Assembly (NCBI RefSeq): GCF_006345805.1
Contig: NW_021836000.1
Location: 124,001 to 188,000, forward strand
DNA length: 64,000 nt
Reading direction: 5' to 3'
Source of the DNA: Octopus sinensis
Taxonomy: Eukaryota
The notes under the pieces are model-generated. The model was not told the origin of the DNA, did not search any database, and worked only from the letters and a program-made list of their open reading frames with translations. The position numbers and the translations under genes were made by a program. This document shows positions 51,334-63,532 of this stretch, in pieces (within the stretch, counting starts at the first letter, position 1; every line of letters starts with the position of its first letter).

Positions 51334-52394
51334 TTAATTTACATTCTTTGGTTCTGTGAACGTGCTTTTAAAAATAATAGAACTCGTATACACAAAATAT
51401 TTAGGAAATTTGTGCACTTTAAACACTTTAAACACTTTAAACACTTCAAGTGCAGATCTGTTAAAAGTTTGATTAAATTTTGTAAAAAATATTTTATTTC
51501 TTATATCCCGAAAAATTCTTTTTCCTATCAGAGGATTTCGTGTGCAATTGTCCGCGGAAATTCACACGCTATCCTAGGGTCATACTAATTAATTCAATCG
51601 ATTTTCTTAATATTGGTTTTATTCCTTTTTCCTATTAAATTTGAATAGAATACTTAATTTTAACTTACTGGTATAAATTTTGAGAAAAGTAGACATAATA
51701 AAAAACTAAAAAAGATTTAGATTGGATCGACTTAAAAATCATTTACTTTTAATTTTAAAAATATGGTTTTCCCATAATAAATCCATAATTGTTGTGGTTG
51801 CCACTCCTTTAATTGTAGACTACTGACATATTTATAAATAGTAAACTTTTAAAAATTATAAATTTAAAATGATTCAGATACTCAAAAAACAACAAATCTA
51901 ACATCCTACAAAAATTAATAAATTTAAGATATTTTCAAAGAAGAAAATAAGATTTTATTTAATTTAAATTATAATTTTTTTAACATTAAAAAATAATTTT
52001 TTTGACTTTTTACCCTGGGCTGAATATAATAATCAAATCTTAAAATCAAAAATTATTTTGTTGTCTAGAAGAGAATCACATGTTAGATAATACAATGGAT
52101 AAATTGTATATACAAAGTTTTTTTAAATTTGCAGAAACTTTCGCGAGGAAAACAATCAGCTAACATCTGAAAATGATCTGTATTCTAAAATATTAAATCT
52201 AAAAAGATATCTATTTTTAGAAAGCGAAGCTGATAGCGATGCCGATAGCATTGAAACAATTTCAGTGTTTGGGGATACTTCCTTGTCTGATTTTTAGCAT
52301 TTTTATAATGTTGGAATTTCAATAATTTTCTGTTTTATATAAGATTTAGGGTTATTAATAAGAGAATTATCACTGAATATAATTTGAAAACTCA

Positions 52395-53025
52395 GAATAT
52401 GCCTTCGTCTCGGACTACCGATTTGTAATCCCCACCCCTGCCGGTGTGGATCAACGATGGACACATACGGGCTCCATGCCCTTTCCTGCAAGAAAAGCGC
52501 AGGTCGCATACCTCGTCATTCGGCTCTAAACAAGATATTCTCCATGCCCTCGAAAAGGCAGGGTATCCTTCTGTCCTTGAGCCAATTGGTCTTGACCGTG
52601 GTGATGGAAAAAGGCCTGATGGCTCGACGTTGTTCGCTTTCGACGATGGTAAACCACTAGTTTGGGATGCCACGTGTGTTGATTCCTTCTCTAAGTCGGC
52701 CATCAACGAATCCGCCTCTCTGCCCGGGTCCCGTGCTAATAGGGCTGAATATACAAAATCCGAAAAATACCGGGGCTTGTTAGACGGCTTTTGGTTTTGG
52801 CCAATTGTTGTTGAGACTTCGTGCGTCTTTGGCACAAAGACAGTTGATCATCTGAAGAAACTTGGCCACCTCTGTTCATTACGCTCCAAGGATCCTAGGG
52901 AATTTACATTCCTAATCCAAAGGATCCTGTTGGTCGTTGTGCGTGGGAACAGCTGTTCCATCCGGCTTGCTGGCCGATTAATTTAACCTTTAAACTCTTA
53001 TTGAAAGACTTTTGTATAAAAAAAT
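52395..53025 (+). mobile_element. CRE-like retrotransposon 3' fragment (same family as 41736-44924)
   Basis: GLHALSCKKSAGRIPRH, RPDG, WDATCVD, LIQRILLVVVRGNSCSIRLAG. Confidence 0.88.
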
Positions 53026-54422
53026 CTGTTAATGTTAGCTATTTTGATTTTTAATGGATTTTTGATCAAAACAAATCAATATGCTCATCTTTGAATAGAC
53101 ATTCAAACCAACAAATTCTATTTAAATTCCGAAAATCATAAAGAATAAAAACACATGCTATTGTGGTGATTAGCATTTTTAATCCCATTAAACTTAAATT
53201 CAAACTGTAGAACATCTCAATATCTTAGATCAACTTTCTAGGAATATTGTTTCAATGCATGAAAATTTCATTAAAAAATATTTTGAAATCATTTTAAATT
53301 GTCTAAAAAATTGAATCATTTGAAGCTTTGTTTTTTATTTTTAACTTTTTTAATTAGACTTTTAACTGTTACATAGAAGTATTTTTAATGGAATTAAATT
53401 CCAAAATAATTAGAATTTCTAAAAAAATCGATTTTTATAAGTTTATTTTAGATAAAAAGAGTCTGATTTTTATCTTCTAACAAAAAAACCTACACCTTCA
53501 AAAATTCATATAAAATTTTAAATCAAAATAAACATTTATTCATTATTTTTTATTAATTCGAACACTAATCGAACTTTTATTTTTAACTTTATTAAAATTT
53601 GTATAAATAATATGTTTAAGCAAATTGGAAATTGTTTAAATTCAAAAAAATGTTTTTAATAAATTAGATCTGATATTCGGTATACATGAAGAGAAAACCA
53701 AACGACATATCAGATATAACGTTTGAAAATAATATTTTTAATTAAATTTATTTAAAAAACTTATAGAGACTCGAGCAATGCAAAATTCCAACACTTATCA
53801 GATAAATTAACGTTTGTTAAAATATTTAAAAATTATTAAAAATCGTTTTTAGAGAGTTGCTTGAAGAGTTAAATGAGGAATTCAACGACCAATTTTTGTT
53901 CGACTGCGAAAGCGTTGGGACCGTTTCAGTTTGCGGAGACTCATTTCTATCGGACACAGAGATCTAAGTTATTCTTATAATATTAAACTAATTAACAATT
54001 TCAATTTTTGGTTTGAAAATAACATAAAAGAATTACCACATAATATTTGTTAATGTCAAAATTGCAACTCAATTTTGTCAACAAGTTAAATTCTTAAATT
54101 TTGCAATGATTTTTAATATAAAAAATCATGATTAACAACTTTCATATAAAAAAATACCTAAAATCTTATTATACTTATTTTTAACCATAAGAAGATATCG
54201 GAATAACTGTTTTAATAAATAATTGGGGATATGTCGTTTGTGTTCAATGAGAGAAAATTTCTAAAATTAAAAAATAAACGTATTGTTAATATTTAAAGTT
54301 TTAAATCAATTTTACTGCTATCCAAAGATAAACTAATAAATATTTAATTATCAAACAAATTTCAAAAAATAATAAAATTATAAGAATTTATTGCCAACAA
54401 TAAAAAATCCCACAAACAATTA

Positions 54423-55438
54423 CTAATTACTCAACTTTTTCACATTACGGTTTCTAACACACGATTCTAAAATAAAAATAAGCAAAAAACCCAATCGTTT
54501 CATATCAACGCCAGAAAGCCACTCATTATTAGCAATATCTCCATCTTGTTCCACCCCGTTGACCTGAACTCCATTTTGAGGGAAAGTTCCCTTGGTCTGC
54601 TTCCCCCGTCTTCCTTTCTTCTAAAAACAAATATCAAAAAAAGACCAAACAAAATAATTTTTCATAAACCGAAATCCAAAAATCGCAAATATCACGACAC
54701 AAGCAATGCAAATTAAAGACATAAAAAAACTAAAAATCAAATAACAAAAAAGTACGCTTCTCCGTCAAATGTATCCTCATTCTCCACCATGTAAACAAAA
54801 GTTGAAAAAACATTTTCTTTTATCAACGTCGACTAACAAAATAATTATAAAATATACATTTTTATTAGAATACATTAAATTTAACTCCAAAATAAATTGA
54901 TAGTGTGCATAGTCGGCTGGAACTTGAAAGGAATATAAAAATGTCCCTTCTTGGAGAGCAGGTATTGTTCTTGAATAATTTTTTGTAGTAAACTAATCGA
55001 TAAATGTTTAAAAGTCACGTTTTGTATGTTGGAACTATCTGGAGGGTATAAAAGTGACGCATATGCGGTTACAACAGTCAAGTTGTTAAGTGAATTTAAA
55101 TTTCGAACTGAAAATAAAATTTTGACATATTTTTCAACAATAAATTCTATTTTTATATTATTTTTTATTACTTTCGGTATCATTTAATATTTTATAAAAT
55201 ATTTCAATTTCTTTCGTAGTGGTTTGATCCGAACTGTCAACAATTGGAGATAAATCCTCAGAGTTCTAAATAATTTATAAATATACATCTTTTTGTTCAT
55301 ATATATCAGTAGTATAGTCCTCTTCAATAAATATATCATCGTCCTCCTGGCTATTTACTCGTATATTTTGACATCCGAGTAATACTTGGTTATTAAAAGT
55401 ATATTACTTATACATATTGTAATTAATAAAAGACGCAT
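54423..55438 (-). CDS. SSR1: Translocon-associated protein subunit alpha (TRAP-alpha), multi-exon
   Basis: Signal peptide MRLLLITICIILLG; acidic N-terminus; VKILFSVRN, AYASLLYPPDSSNIQN, EGTFLYSF, ENEDTFDGEA followed by a TM helix and a basic tail with a late Trp. Confidence 0.82.
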
Positions 55439-55745
55439 CAAAATATTTATAATTGCCTACGTGTACACGAAATATATTATTTCATTTAATATTCAAAAAA
55501 ATAAAATATTAAATTTAAATAAATATAAAATAATGCCAATAAATATGCATTAAAAATAGTAAAAATTTTTTATAACTATAATCAAAATGATATAAAAATC
55601 CTTCAATAAATATAGTTAACTTTAATTGTTGATCTTTATTAATTTTTAAAAATTAATTTATTTAAAATAAGTTTAATTAAAAATTTCAATTTAAAATAAA
55701 TAAATACTCCGGCAAACATATAAACCTTGTGGGACGTATACTTTG
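55439..55745. promoter_or_regulatory. Probable bidirectional promoter between SSR1 and RFC5
   Basis: 307-bp AT-rich spacer between divergent ATGs; inferred from layout only. Confidence 0.5.
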
Positions 55746-57017
55746 ATGAATCTTTCCATTGCTCACCCCTGGTTTACCTCATAAAAATAAAATCAAAGGA
55801 TTGAAAAATACAGACCAGATTTTTCTGAATTATCGTTACAATCAAATATAAATCGAACAAGTTATATTTGTCAAAAAACAACAACATAGTAAAAAGACTA
55901 ATAGAACATGATGAAATCCCTCACTTACTATTCTACGGTCCATCGGGTACTGGAAAGACGAGTACAGCAATGGCCATTGCCCACAAAATGTATTCAAAAA
56001 ATGACAAAAATGCCATGACTTTAGAGGTAATAATTTTTATGAAATTTTAGCTCAATGCTTCTGACGATAGAGGAATTAATTTTGTAAGAGAAGAAATATT
56101 CTCGTTTGTTAGTACAAAGTCGCTTTTTGGGTTAAAATTTTGTTTTTTGATTATTTTTTCTTAGAAATAAGCTCAAATTGGTAATTTTAGATGAGGCAGA
56201 TTCAATGACCCACGACGCACAAAATGCATTACGTCGAAGTATATTTTATTTATTAATTAAAAAATTATTTATTTAAAAAATATATTTAATTAATTTTTAT
56301 AGTTATTGAAGACTATTCTTCAAATGCCAGATTTTGTATTTTATGCAATTTTGTGTTCAAGATTATTTCACCTATCCAGTCAAGGTGTATGAAATTTCGC
56401 TTTGGACGTATTTCTGGAATAGTTGTCCGCCAAAGACTGTCACATATAGCCAATTTAGAATCGTAGACTTAATAAATATAAAATTAAAGAATATCCCTGG
56501 CCGAGGAGGCCTTCGAAGCGATTGTTAGACTGTCCAATGGAGATCTTCGAAAGGCTATAAATATTCTGCAGAGTGTCTGCATGGCTTCTCCTCTTGGACA
56601 TGACTCTGTTATCAAAGACATTGACGTTTATGCCTGTACTGGTAACCCTACTCCTTCTGAGATGAAGAATATTATTGAAATAATATTAAATAATGATATT
56701 ACATATTCTGCTAGGGGTTGATATTGGGAAATAAATGTTGTAGAGGTTTGGGATTGGATGTGTGAACAGAGCATTTCGTTGAGTGATGTGATTACTCAAG
56801 TATTTGATTTTTTTAAAAAAGGTTGTTTTTTGTGTTGGAATGTGGAATAGTGACGCTTGATGCAAAAGTGAGAATTAATTTGAATATTAAACTGAGTGAA
56901 ATCGAGTTGGTTATTTGGGGTATTTGTGGTAGGTATAGATTGGCGATGGGGACTAACGAAAAGATACAGTTGGGCTCACTTATAGCAGCATTACAGCTTT
57001 TACGTGATTTTGAATAA
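55746..57017 (+). CDS. RFC5: Replication factor C small subunit (RFC5 / yeast Rfc3 type), multi-exon
   Basis: PWIEKYRP, PHLLFYGPSGTGKTS, LELNASDDRGI, KLVILDEADSMTHDAQNALRR, QSRC, GDLRKAINILQ, EYRLAMGTNEKIQLGSLIAA. Confidence 0.95.
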
Positions 57018-57796
57018 TTTTTTTGTTTTTAATGTTTTTTGACTTTTATTTCTTTCTAAAGTTAATGTTATTTTTAACTATGTTCAGCATCTGTTTTGGT
57101 AGGTTTCCAAGTTTCGTTGGTACTTGAGTTTTTGTTGGTTTCTTGTGACTTTCTGTTAAAAACTGAGAAATTTGACTATCAATAATGAACTTCTGATTGT
57201 GTACAAAAATTTTTTATGTTATTAAGTCACTCTTTTAAAGCCAAGTTTCTGATAAAAAATTCATTCTTTAATTGATTATTTCAAATAGTGTTGATTTTAT
57301 CCGAAATTTAATGACTATCAACATTTAGGGAATTGATATATATTTTTTTAATTTTAGTTTATTGGATGGTGGTTCTCATTTAATCCAATTATTGTTTGTA
57401 TGAAAATAAATTTTTCTTGAATTTTCAAAGAGATTTTCAAAATCTTAGTGCATTTTCAAATATACCAAATCTGAATTAAACCATCACTGTCGCTTGTGTC
57501 AAAAACATTGACTCAACACTTATCATACTTGGGAAAGGTACTTCGGGGTGATGGTATAGAAAAGAAAATCTTGCTATCTGCGTTTATAGGTATGAGAAAA
57601 CAAGGAAGATCATAGTTGAGTCAAACATCAATAGTCGTTAAAATAGCCGGAAATCATTTTTTTAATTAAAAAGCTAGTTAAAAACCTGGATTCGTGAATA
57701 AATTTGATCAATAAAAATCGACAAAGGCGTAATCGGCTAAATATAACTCAACTTTGCTTAAACATCTACATAAACTTATAGTTGTTTGATGAAACA

Positions 57797-57848
57797 GGCC
57801 CTCCGCAGGAGCTAGGTCGCGGTGAGCGAAGCGAGCTGCCGAGCTAGT
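57797..57848 (+). mobile_element. Helitron-like 3' terminus (GC-rich hairpin + CTAG-T)
   Basis: GC-rich island containing GAGCGAAGCGAGC and ending GCTAG-T, in AT-rich context. Confidence 0.4.
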
Positions 57849-57904
57849 ACTTTATATATTGTTTAAACGCATTAATGTTGCGTCAAGGTTATACAAAATG
57901 AATT

Positions 57905-58118
57905 TGCAAAATTGAATTTCCTGCTAGCAAAGGTAGTATTCCTACTAGCAAAATCGATTTTCCTAGCCGCAAATTTAATTTCCCACTTGCAAAACCGATT
58001 TTCATGACCGCAAATTAATTTTCTTGATTGCAAAATCGATTTTCTTAACCGCAAAAATCATTTCTTATTTGCAGGAATGAGTTTACTGACCGCAAATTAA
58101 ATTTCGTACTTGCAAAAT
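57905..58118. repeat. Degenerate minisatellite with units of about 21 bp
   Basis: About 10 units of (T/C)GCAAAATCGATTTTCxT.. alternating TTGCAAA and CCGCAAA (about 42-bp higher-order period). Confidence 0.8.
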
Positions 58119-58291
58119 AGAGTTGTAAATGGTATAGTAATTAATTAAACTATTTTTATGCAATTTAGTTTTCATTAAAGTTGATTTACTTACTAATTTT
58201 TATTTTTTAAAACCAAAAATCAATTTATTTTATATCTGTTAGTAAAAAATGAAAAATTGCTGCCACATAAATAGTACATCATTTAAAAAGT

Positions 58292-58461
58292 ACATCCTCA
58301 CATCCTCATTACATCCTCATCTCATTCAGAGGATCCTGCTGGCTGTCATGCGTGGCAACAGCTGTTCCCTCCGTCTCGCTGGGAGAATTTATTAGTTTGT
58401 TGACTTTACTTAGTAGTTTGACCCTTTTGGAAATTTTAACATTGTACAAAAAAAAAAAAAA
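58292..58461 (+). mobile_element. Short 5'-truncated CRE-like insertion with poly(A)
   Basis: Matches the 3' end of the 41736-44924 element; TSD ATTTAAAAAGT (58281-58291, 58462-58472); empty site in Tc1 copy 1 at about 31470. Confidence 0.9.
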
Positions 58462-58755
58462 ATTTAAAAAGTCAGTATTTAGTGTGCCCCTCTTTATTTT
58501 TGATGACTGCTTTTAGTCTCGAGGTCATTGATTCCACCAATTGATACATATTTCCTTTGGAATTTTTTTCCATTCTTCAATAATTAAATTTTCTAGATTT
58601 TTTTATTTGTGACGTCAAATGTTTCAATTTTTCTTTTTAATAGCACCACAGGTGTTCAATTGGATTTAAATCTGGCGACATGCTCGGCCAGTCCATTTGC
58701 AAGATTTTTTTCAGTCAAAAAACTTTTAGTTTTCTTTGCAGTATGCTTCGGATCG

Positions 58756-59474
58756 TTATCTTGTTGGCAGAGCTCTTTTGACCTCATCTCGGAAGGTCGG
58801 TACAAATAAACCCTGGATCAAGAGTGAACGCTCCTCAGACGTCTTCAATACCGTCCCCAGAGTTATTATTCTTGACAAGACTGCGTTCCCCCCGTTGTAA
58901 AAGCCAACAGTACAGAACCTTAGTACAGACACTGGGTCATAAGGGTTTGATCCCAACATCTTATCAAGAAGACAACATAATTTATCCAATGGTTGCTCCT
59001 CTAAGTACTTTAAGGAGAATTTAGCGACAAGGTTTTGGTCTGGGTTAAATGACGGTGACAGACGCGTCATTGCTGAGTTGTATCTCTCGATTAAGGCCGT
59101 CACGGCCTCTGGGTTCCTCGATTTTGCTTGACTATATCGGATCGGGAAGAGTACCCGCATAAAGGCCTGAGCCCATTCGCTCGCTGCAGGATTCTTTAAA
59201 GACTCGGCAGGTCTAGGCTCGCCTATTGATATAGGGTCTTTGGCTCGAAATATTTTAAAAGCTTTTGCTCCCAGCTTGTACATCTTCGTGGTGGGTTGCT
59301 GAGGAAATACGCCAATGCGTATGCGATAAGCTCCTGATTAAAGTAATCAAGCCTCCCAAGCTCGTCGATTACGTGGGTTCCGATACTACCAACAGAGAAT
59401 GTGTTGATCCAAGTTCCACTCGATTCGCATTTTCCAGTCACTAAACAGGCACGTCTGTGTTGGTTTGATCGGTT
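58756..59474 (-). other. Endogenous viral element: rhabdovirus-like nucleoprotein fragment, copy 2 (175-aa ORF 58756-59283)
   Basis: Same junctions and same upstream frameshift as copy 1; 5 amino-acid differences in the 175-aa ORF. Confidence 0.75.
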
Positions 59475-60299
59475 CAGAAGCCTCTCATATTTTCAGCAAA
59501 TAATTTTCTCTTTAACACGTTTACTGGTCGTAATAACGGTTTTTTACATGGTTTTCGATTTTCTAGTCCAAAAGAATATAAAGCATTCCTTATTGTTGAT
59601 CGAGAAAGTCGTAAATTGTGCTCAGATTCAATGTAATTTGCAATTTCTTGTAAAGTGGAAAAATTATTTTGATCATATTTCGTCAATATTGCGTTTTTAA
59701 TCGCCAGAGTAAGTTTTTCTGGACGACCAGAACCGACGGCACGTTCAAAAGGCATGCCGTTTTTCATTTTCGCGCTGACTTGCTGCACGAAAGATTTTGA
59801 AACACTGAATTCTTTAGCGATTGTTCTTTGTGAGCCTCCTCGCCTTAAGTGTTCCGCAATTAAATATTTTTTGATCAGGAAACTTTAAGATGACATCGTG
59901 CTGTATTTTGAAATTAATTTATTAAAGAAAAATCAAGTAATTATAAAAAAAGTGTAACAAAAATAAGTGTTCACGTTTTTTTTGAACAAAGATTTTTTTT
60001 AATACTTGGTTAGCTTGGGAATATAGCCGATCATGAAATAATAAATAAAGAATCATGTAGATTAAACGATTTTAAATTTAGTATTCTTTAAAAATTGTTA
60101 CAAATAAGATACAAAAATTAAGAAAAACACATATTTTTCCAATGGTCACGTTTTTTTTGAACAGACTGTATATTCGCAGATGGTCCTCTAACGGTATTTC
60201 TGCTCAGGGATCATCCCCTTCGAATGCTCCATGTCTGTGATTTCAGATGATTCCTTTGGAGTTGAAGAATCATCCTGATCAGCAGTCGGCTGGCTTTCA

Positions 60300-60575
60300 A
60301 AGAGGATAGATATGCGAGCCAAGCTAGATCTTTTGGTGAAGGGAATCGCAGTCCGCTCAGATTAACGGGTAGGGTCGCTTGTCCCATCCGTGGTCGTCAA
60401 ATTTCACATTGGTGATATGTTCAATGGTGGTTCGTAAGAGACAATCAATATCGTCGAGCTGTTGCATTTCCAAGTAGCAGGGTGCGCTCCGAATAACGTG
60501 ATTCAGTTTCTCTGCTGATAAGGCGTTTCTTAGCAGGAAGCGTTCCAAGAGAAGATAGAGATTTCTAATCGCCAA
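60300..60575 (-). mobile_element. CRE-like internal fragment
   Basis: FLLRNALSAEKLNHVIRSAPC...DCLLRTTIEHITNVKFDDHGW (post-RT region). Confidence 0.7.
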
Positions 60576-61142
60576 AATATTCATATGTTTCAATTATTTT
60601 TTTGTATCATCACTGTATTTGCGATATCTTGTTTTTTTAGTTTCGATGTATTTTGACGAAAAGTTTTTTATATGCAACATTGACTTTCATAATTACAAAT
60701 TAGAAGTTTTTACGTGTAAATTTGATTTTTGTGGTTGTAGTTTAAAGTTTGGTAATTGTCAAATTGACTTGAAAATCGTATAGCTGACCAATCAGTAGTA
60801 GATGAGAGACATAAAGAGCAATGTGTTACATTCGGTGGCCTAGACTTATTCTCTGAGAAGAGTCCTTGTGTATATGGATAATTCATTTAACATTGTTAAA
60901 AAGTCCATTTGAGATAGTTAAAGTTTTCTTCTTATATCACTTGACTGAGTTTACAGCTATAAGGAGTACTTTGCATTCAGATTTCCAAAATGACTTCATC
61001 AATGCAAACCGAAACACATACAGATGCACATAGTTTTTGACTTAGTTTGATGACGATTCTTCAATTAAAATATTTCTAACAGAATTTCCAGGTAAGCTCA
61101 AACTATGGATCAGCAACTTCCTAAGTAGACAAAGGTATAGGG

Positions 61143-61740
61143 CAGGGGTCGGCAAATACTTTTGGAGAAGAGCCAATTTTGAACATTTTTGGAAATTTCG
61201 AAAAATTGAAGAGCCACCTTTTACCACTTGTCAAAAATTTAAATTCATAAAATTAAATAGACATTAATTTAAAAAATAATTAAAAATTCATTTTAAAAAA
61301 TTAAATTAATTAGACGCATTAATGAGAAATGTGATTCCTCATTTCTTTGGAGAGTTGGTTAATGTCTGGGTCGTAAGTCGTTAATTTTAATCTGAGGTTA
61401 GATTCCAAATTCGAATCTGTAATTTTGTTCCTTAATTTCGATTTTATATAATTCATATGAGAAAAACTTTGTTCACACATATAAGTGGACCCGAATATTG
61501 TCAAAATTCCGTATGCAACTTTTTTTAATTCATAATAAGAATCTGGAAGAGAATTCCAAGTTTCGAGAATCACATCTTCCAGTTTCTTTTGTATAAAATT
61601 AATATCATTCTTAATTTTACCAGACAATGTTTCTGTTCCAAGGTTTCAAGAAATTCTGAAAGGCGAATAAACTTTGATGCCCATAATTCCTTACATGTCA
61701 AGTCCAATAGCTGCATTTCGAACTCAGCTGCGTTGATTTG
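61143..61740 (-). mobile_element. hAT element A 3' end (GTF2IRD2/SPIN-like)
   Basis: TIR CAGGGGTCGGCAAA; ILTIFGSTYMCEQSFSHMNYIKSKLRNKITD...HISH*. Confidence 0.9.
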
Positions 61741-63532
61741 TCCGCGGACCCCTTGTGAGTAAATGAAAAATTTCGCGGACCCCCTACATATTTCATCTTC
61801 ATCAAAAACTTCATCAAAAAAGCACTAATAATTAATATGAAACAGTTAACAAACTTAATTTTATCCACAAAATCAATTATTGTTTCATGTCTTCCCTGAA
61901 GCGATTTGTTGAGTGAATTTATAGCCATGAACTATCCATTAATATTGAAATAAATTCCGATGATTTGGAATTTTTTTCGCGAATAAAATTTTCAGATAAT
62001 TCATTCCTTAAAGAAAAAACTCTGGCAAGAATGTTTCCCCGAGATAGCCATCTCACCTCAGTGTGGAATAACAAAGCCTTTCCATCCTTTTCAAATTCTT
62101 CGCAAATAAGTCTGAAAATGCGCGAATTTAAAGCACTCTTTTTAATATAATTTATGATATGTACGACATCATCGAGAACATATCTTAAATCTGAAGGTAA
62201 TGTTTTTGCAGCAAGTGCATATCGATGTAGCATACAATGCATATGTTTCGTTTCCTGGTTAGCAAGTCTAACTTGGCCTCTAAAGCCAGAATGAAAGCCA
62301 AGCATTGCTGAAGCTCCATCGGTTGTGCAACAACATACATTATTCCAAGATAACCCAACACTGTCAAAAAACATAGAAATTGCTTGAAAAATATCTTCTC
62401 CTTTAGTGGTCGATTCAAGCGAATAGGAAAATAAAAATTCCTCTTTAAAATCTCCGTCATAAACAAACGAGCAAATATTATTAATTGAGCACAGTTCGCT
62501 ACATCGGTGGATTCATCAACTTGTATAGCGAAATTTTGATGGCATGAAGTTTTTATTTGTTCTACCACCTGAAATAAATAATATAATAATAACCTGACAC
62601 TTAATATTTTCTGACATTTCAGAAATTCGTCGATGAACAGTATCATTCGATAATGGTATTTCCGAAATCATATTTTCAGCATGAGTGCCAATAAGAGTAC
62701 GTACTATGTCTTTACAACAAAGAAGAATCAGTTTTTCGGCAATATTATGAGGTTTCTTTTCTTTCGCTATACGTAATGAGATCATGTAAAATGCTAATAG
62801 CATGGAATTATCAGAAGGCAAAGTTTGTATGAAACGAGTCAATACTTGATTTTTCATCATTTTACGCAAAGAAATAAAATAATGAAGAAGAAGAATATGG
62901 TTTATTTAATACAATAGCTCCAAAAGAAAAGTGGCCGAGGAATTAGAGCTTAGGGGGCTTGATAACGAGAGCCACGAAGGTCTCAACTTCGATTTTGCCC
63001 CGGGAGACTGTCTTATCTCCCTTAGCGAATTCGAGTTTTTGCCAGGATTAGATGGGGATGACATGTGCGCAAGTGTCTCACAAGAGTTGTTGGTTTCATG
63101 CTATTGTGTGACAGAATTTTCATGCACACAACACATTTTGGGCTTTCAAATCCATCTTTATCAATACAAATAAACCCATATTTTATATAATCAGGATTAT
63201 ATTTGCGTATCTTAATAACATGCGAGGAATTCATATCAATAGCGTGCTTAAAAATTTTATTAACTTTTACTAAAAAATAAATATATATATACGATTTTTA
63301 TAAATAATTGAGTTACATTCAGCTTTAAAGTAATTTAGCCTTCTCAGTATTATTGAATATTAAAATATATTAATTTATAATATATCTAAAAGAGATATTA
63401 TTAATTATGATTTAATTCTATTATATATTAATTTAAAATTGTTATCATTAAATAGAAACATTTAAATAAAGTTTCAGAAAAATCTCGCGGACCCCCTGGA
63501 ATCTTTCGCGGACCCCAGGTTGAGAACCACTG
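61741..63532 (-). mobile_element. hAT element B (Buster/Charlie, ZBED5/8-like transposase) with two micro-introns
   Basis: TIR GTTGAGAACCACTG; CGCGGACCCC subterminal motifs; PKCVVC..MKP..LVRHL, KKPHNIAEKLI, PLSNDTVHRRI, VDESTD, TDGA, HCMLHR, LLFHTEVRWLSRG. C-terminus missing. Confidence 0.92.

Larger units (their letters stand above)
58137..60168 (-). mobile_element. Tc1-family element, copy 2 (IR/DR-type 5' end intact; carries the viral insert)
   Basis: Ends CACGTTTTTTTTGAACAGACTG-TA with an inner DR at about 59972; transposase N-terminal ORF 59474-59788; near-identical to 31330-32980. Confidence 0.9.

Noticed and set aside
48600-53967. Additional multi-exon genes (minus 48600-49130; plus exons at about 49183, 52135 and 53668-53967)
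   Set aside because: Exon- and intron-like pieces are visible, but I could not build a consistent frame or recognise a family.
57905-58118. CRISPR-like array
   Set aside because: Degenerate tandem units with no unique spacers, no cas genes and a eukaryotic context.
58137-60168. Proof of independent transposition of the Tc1-EVE
   Set aside because: Neither copy keeps both ends, and downstream neighbours are duplicated in the same order, so segmental duplication explains it equally well.
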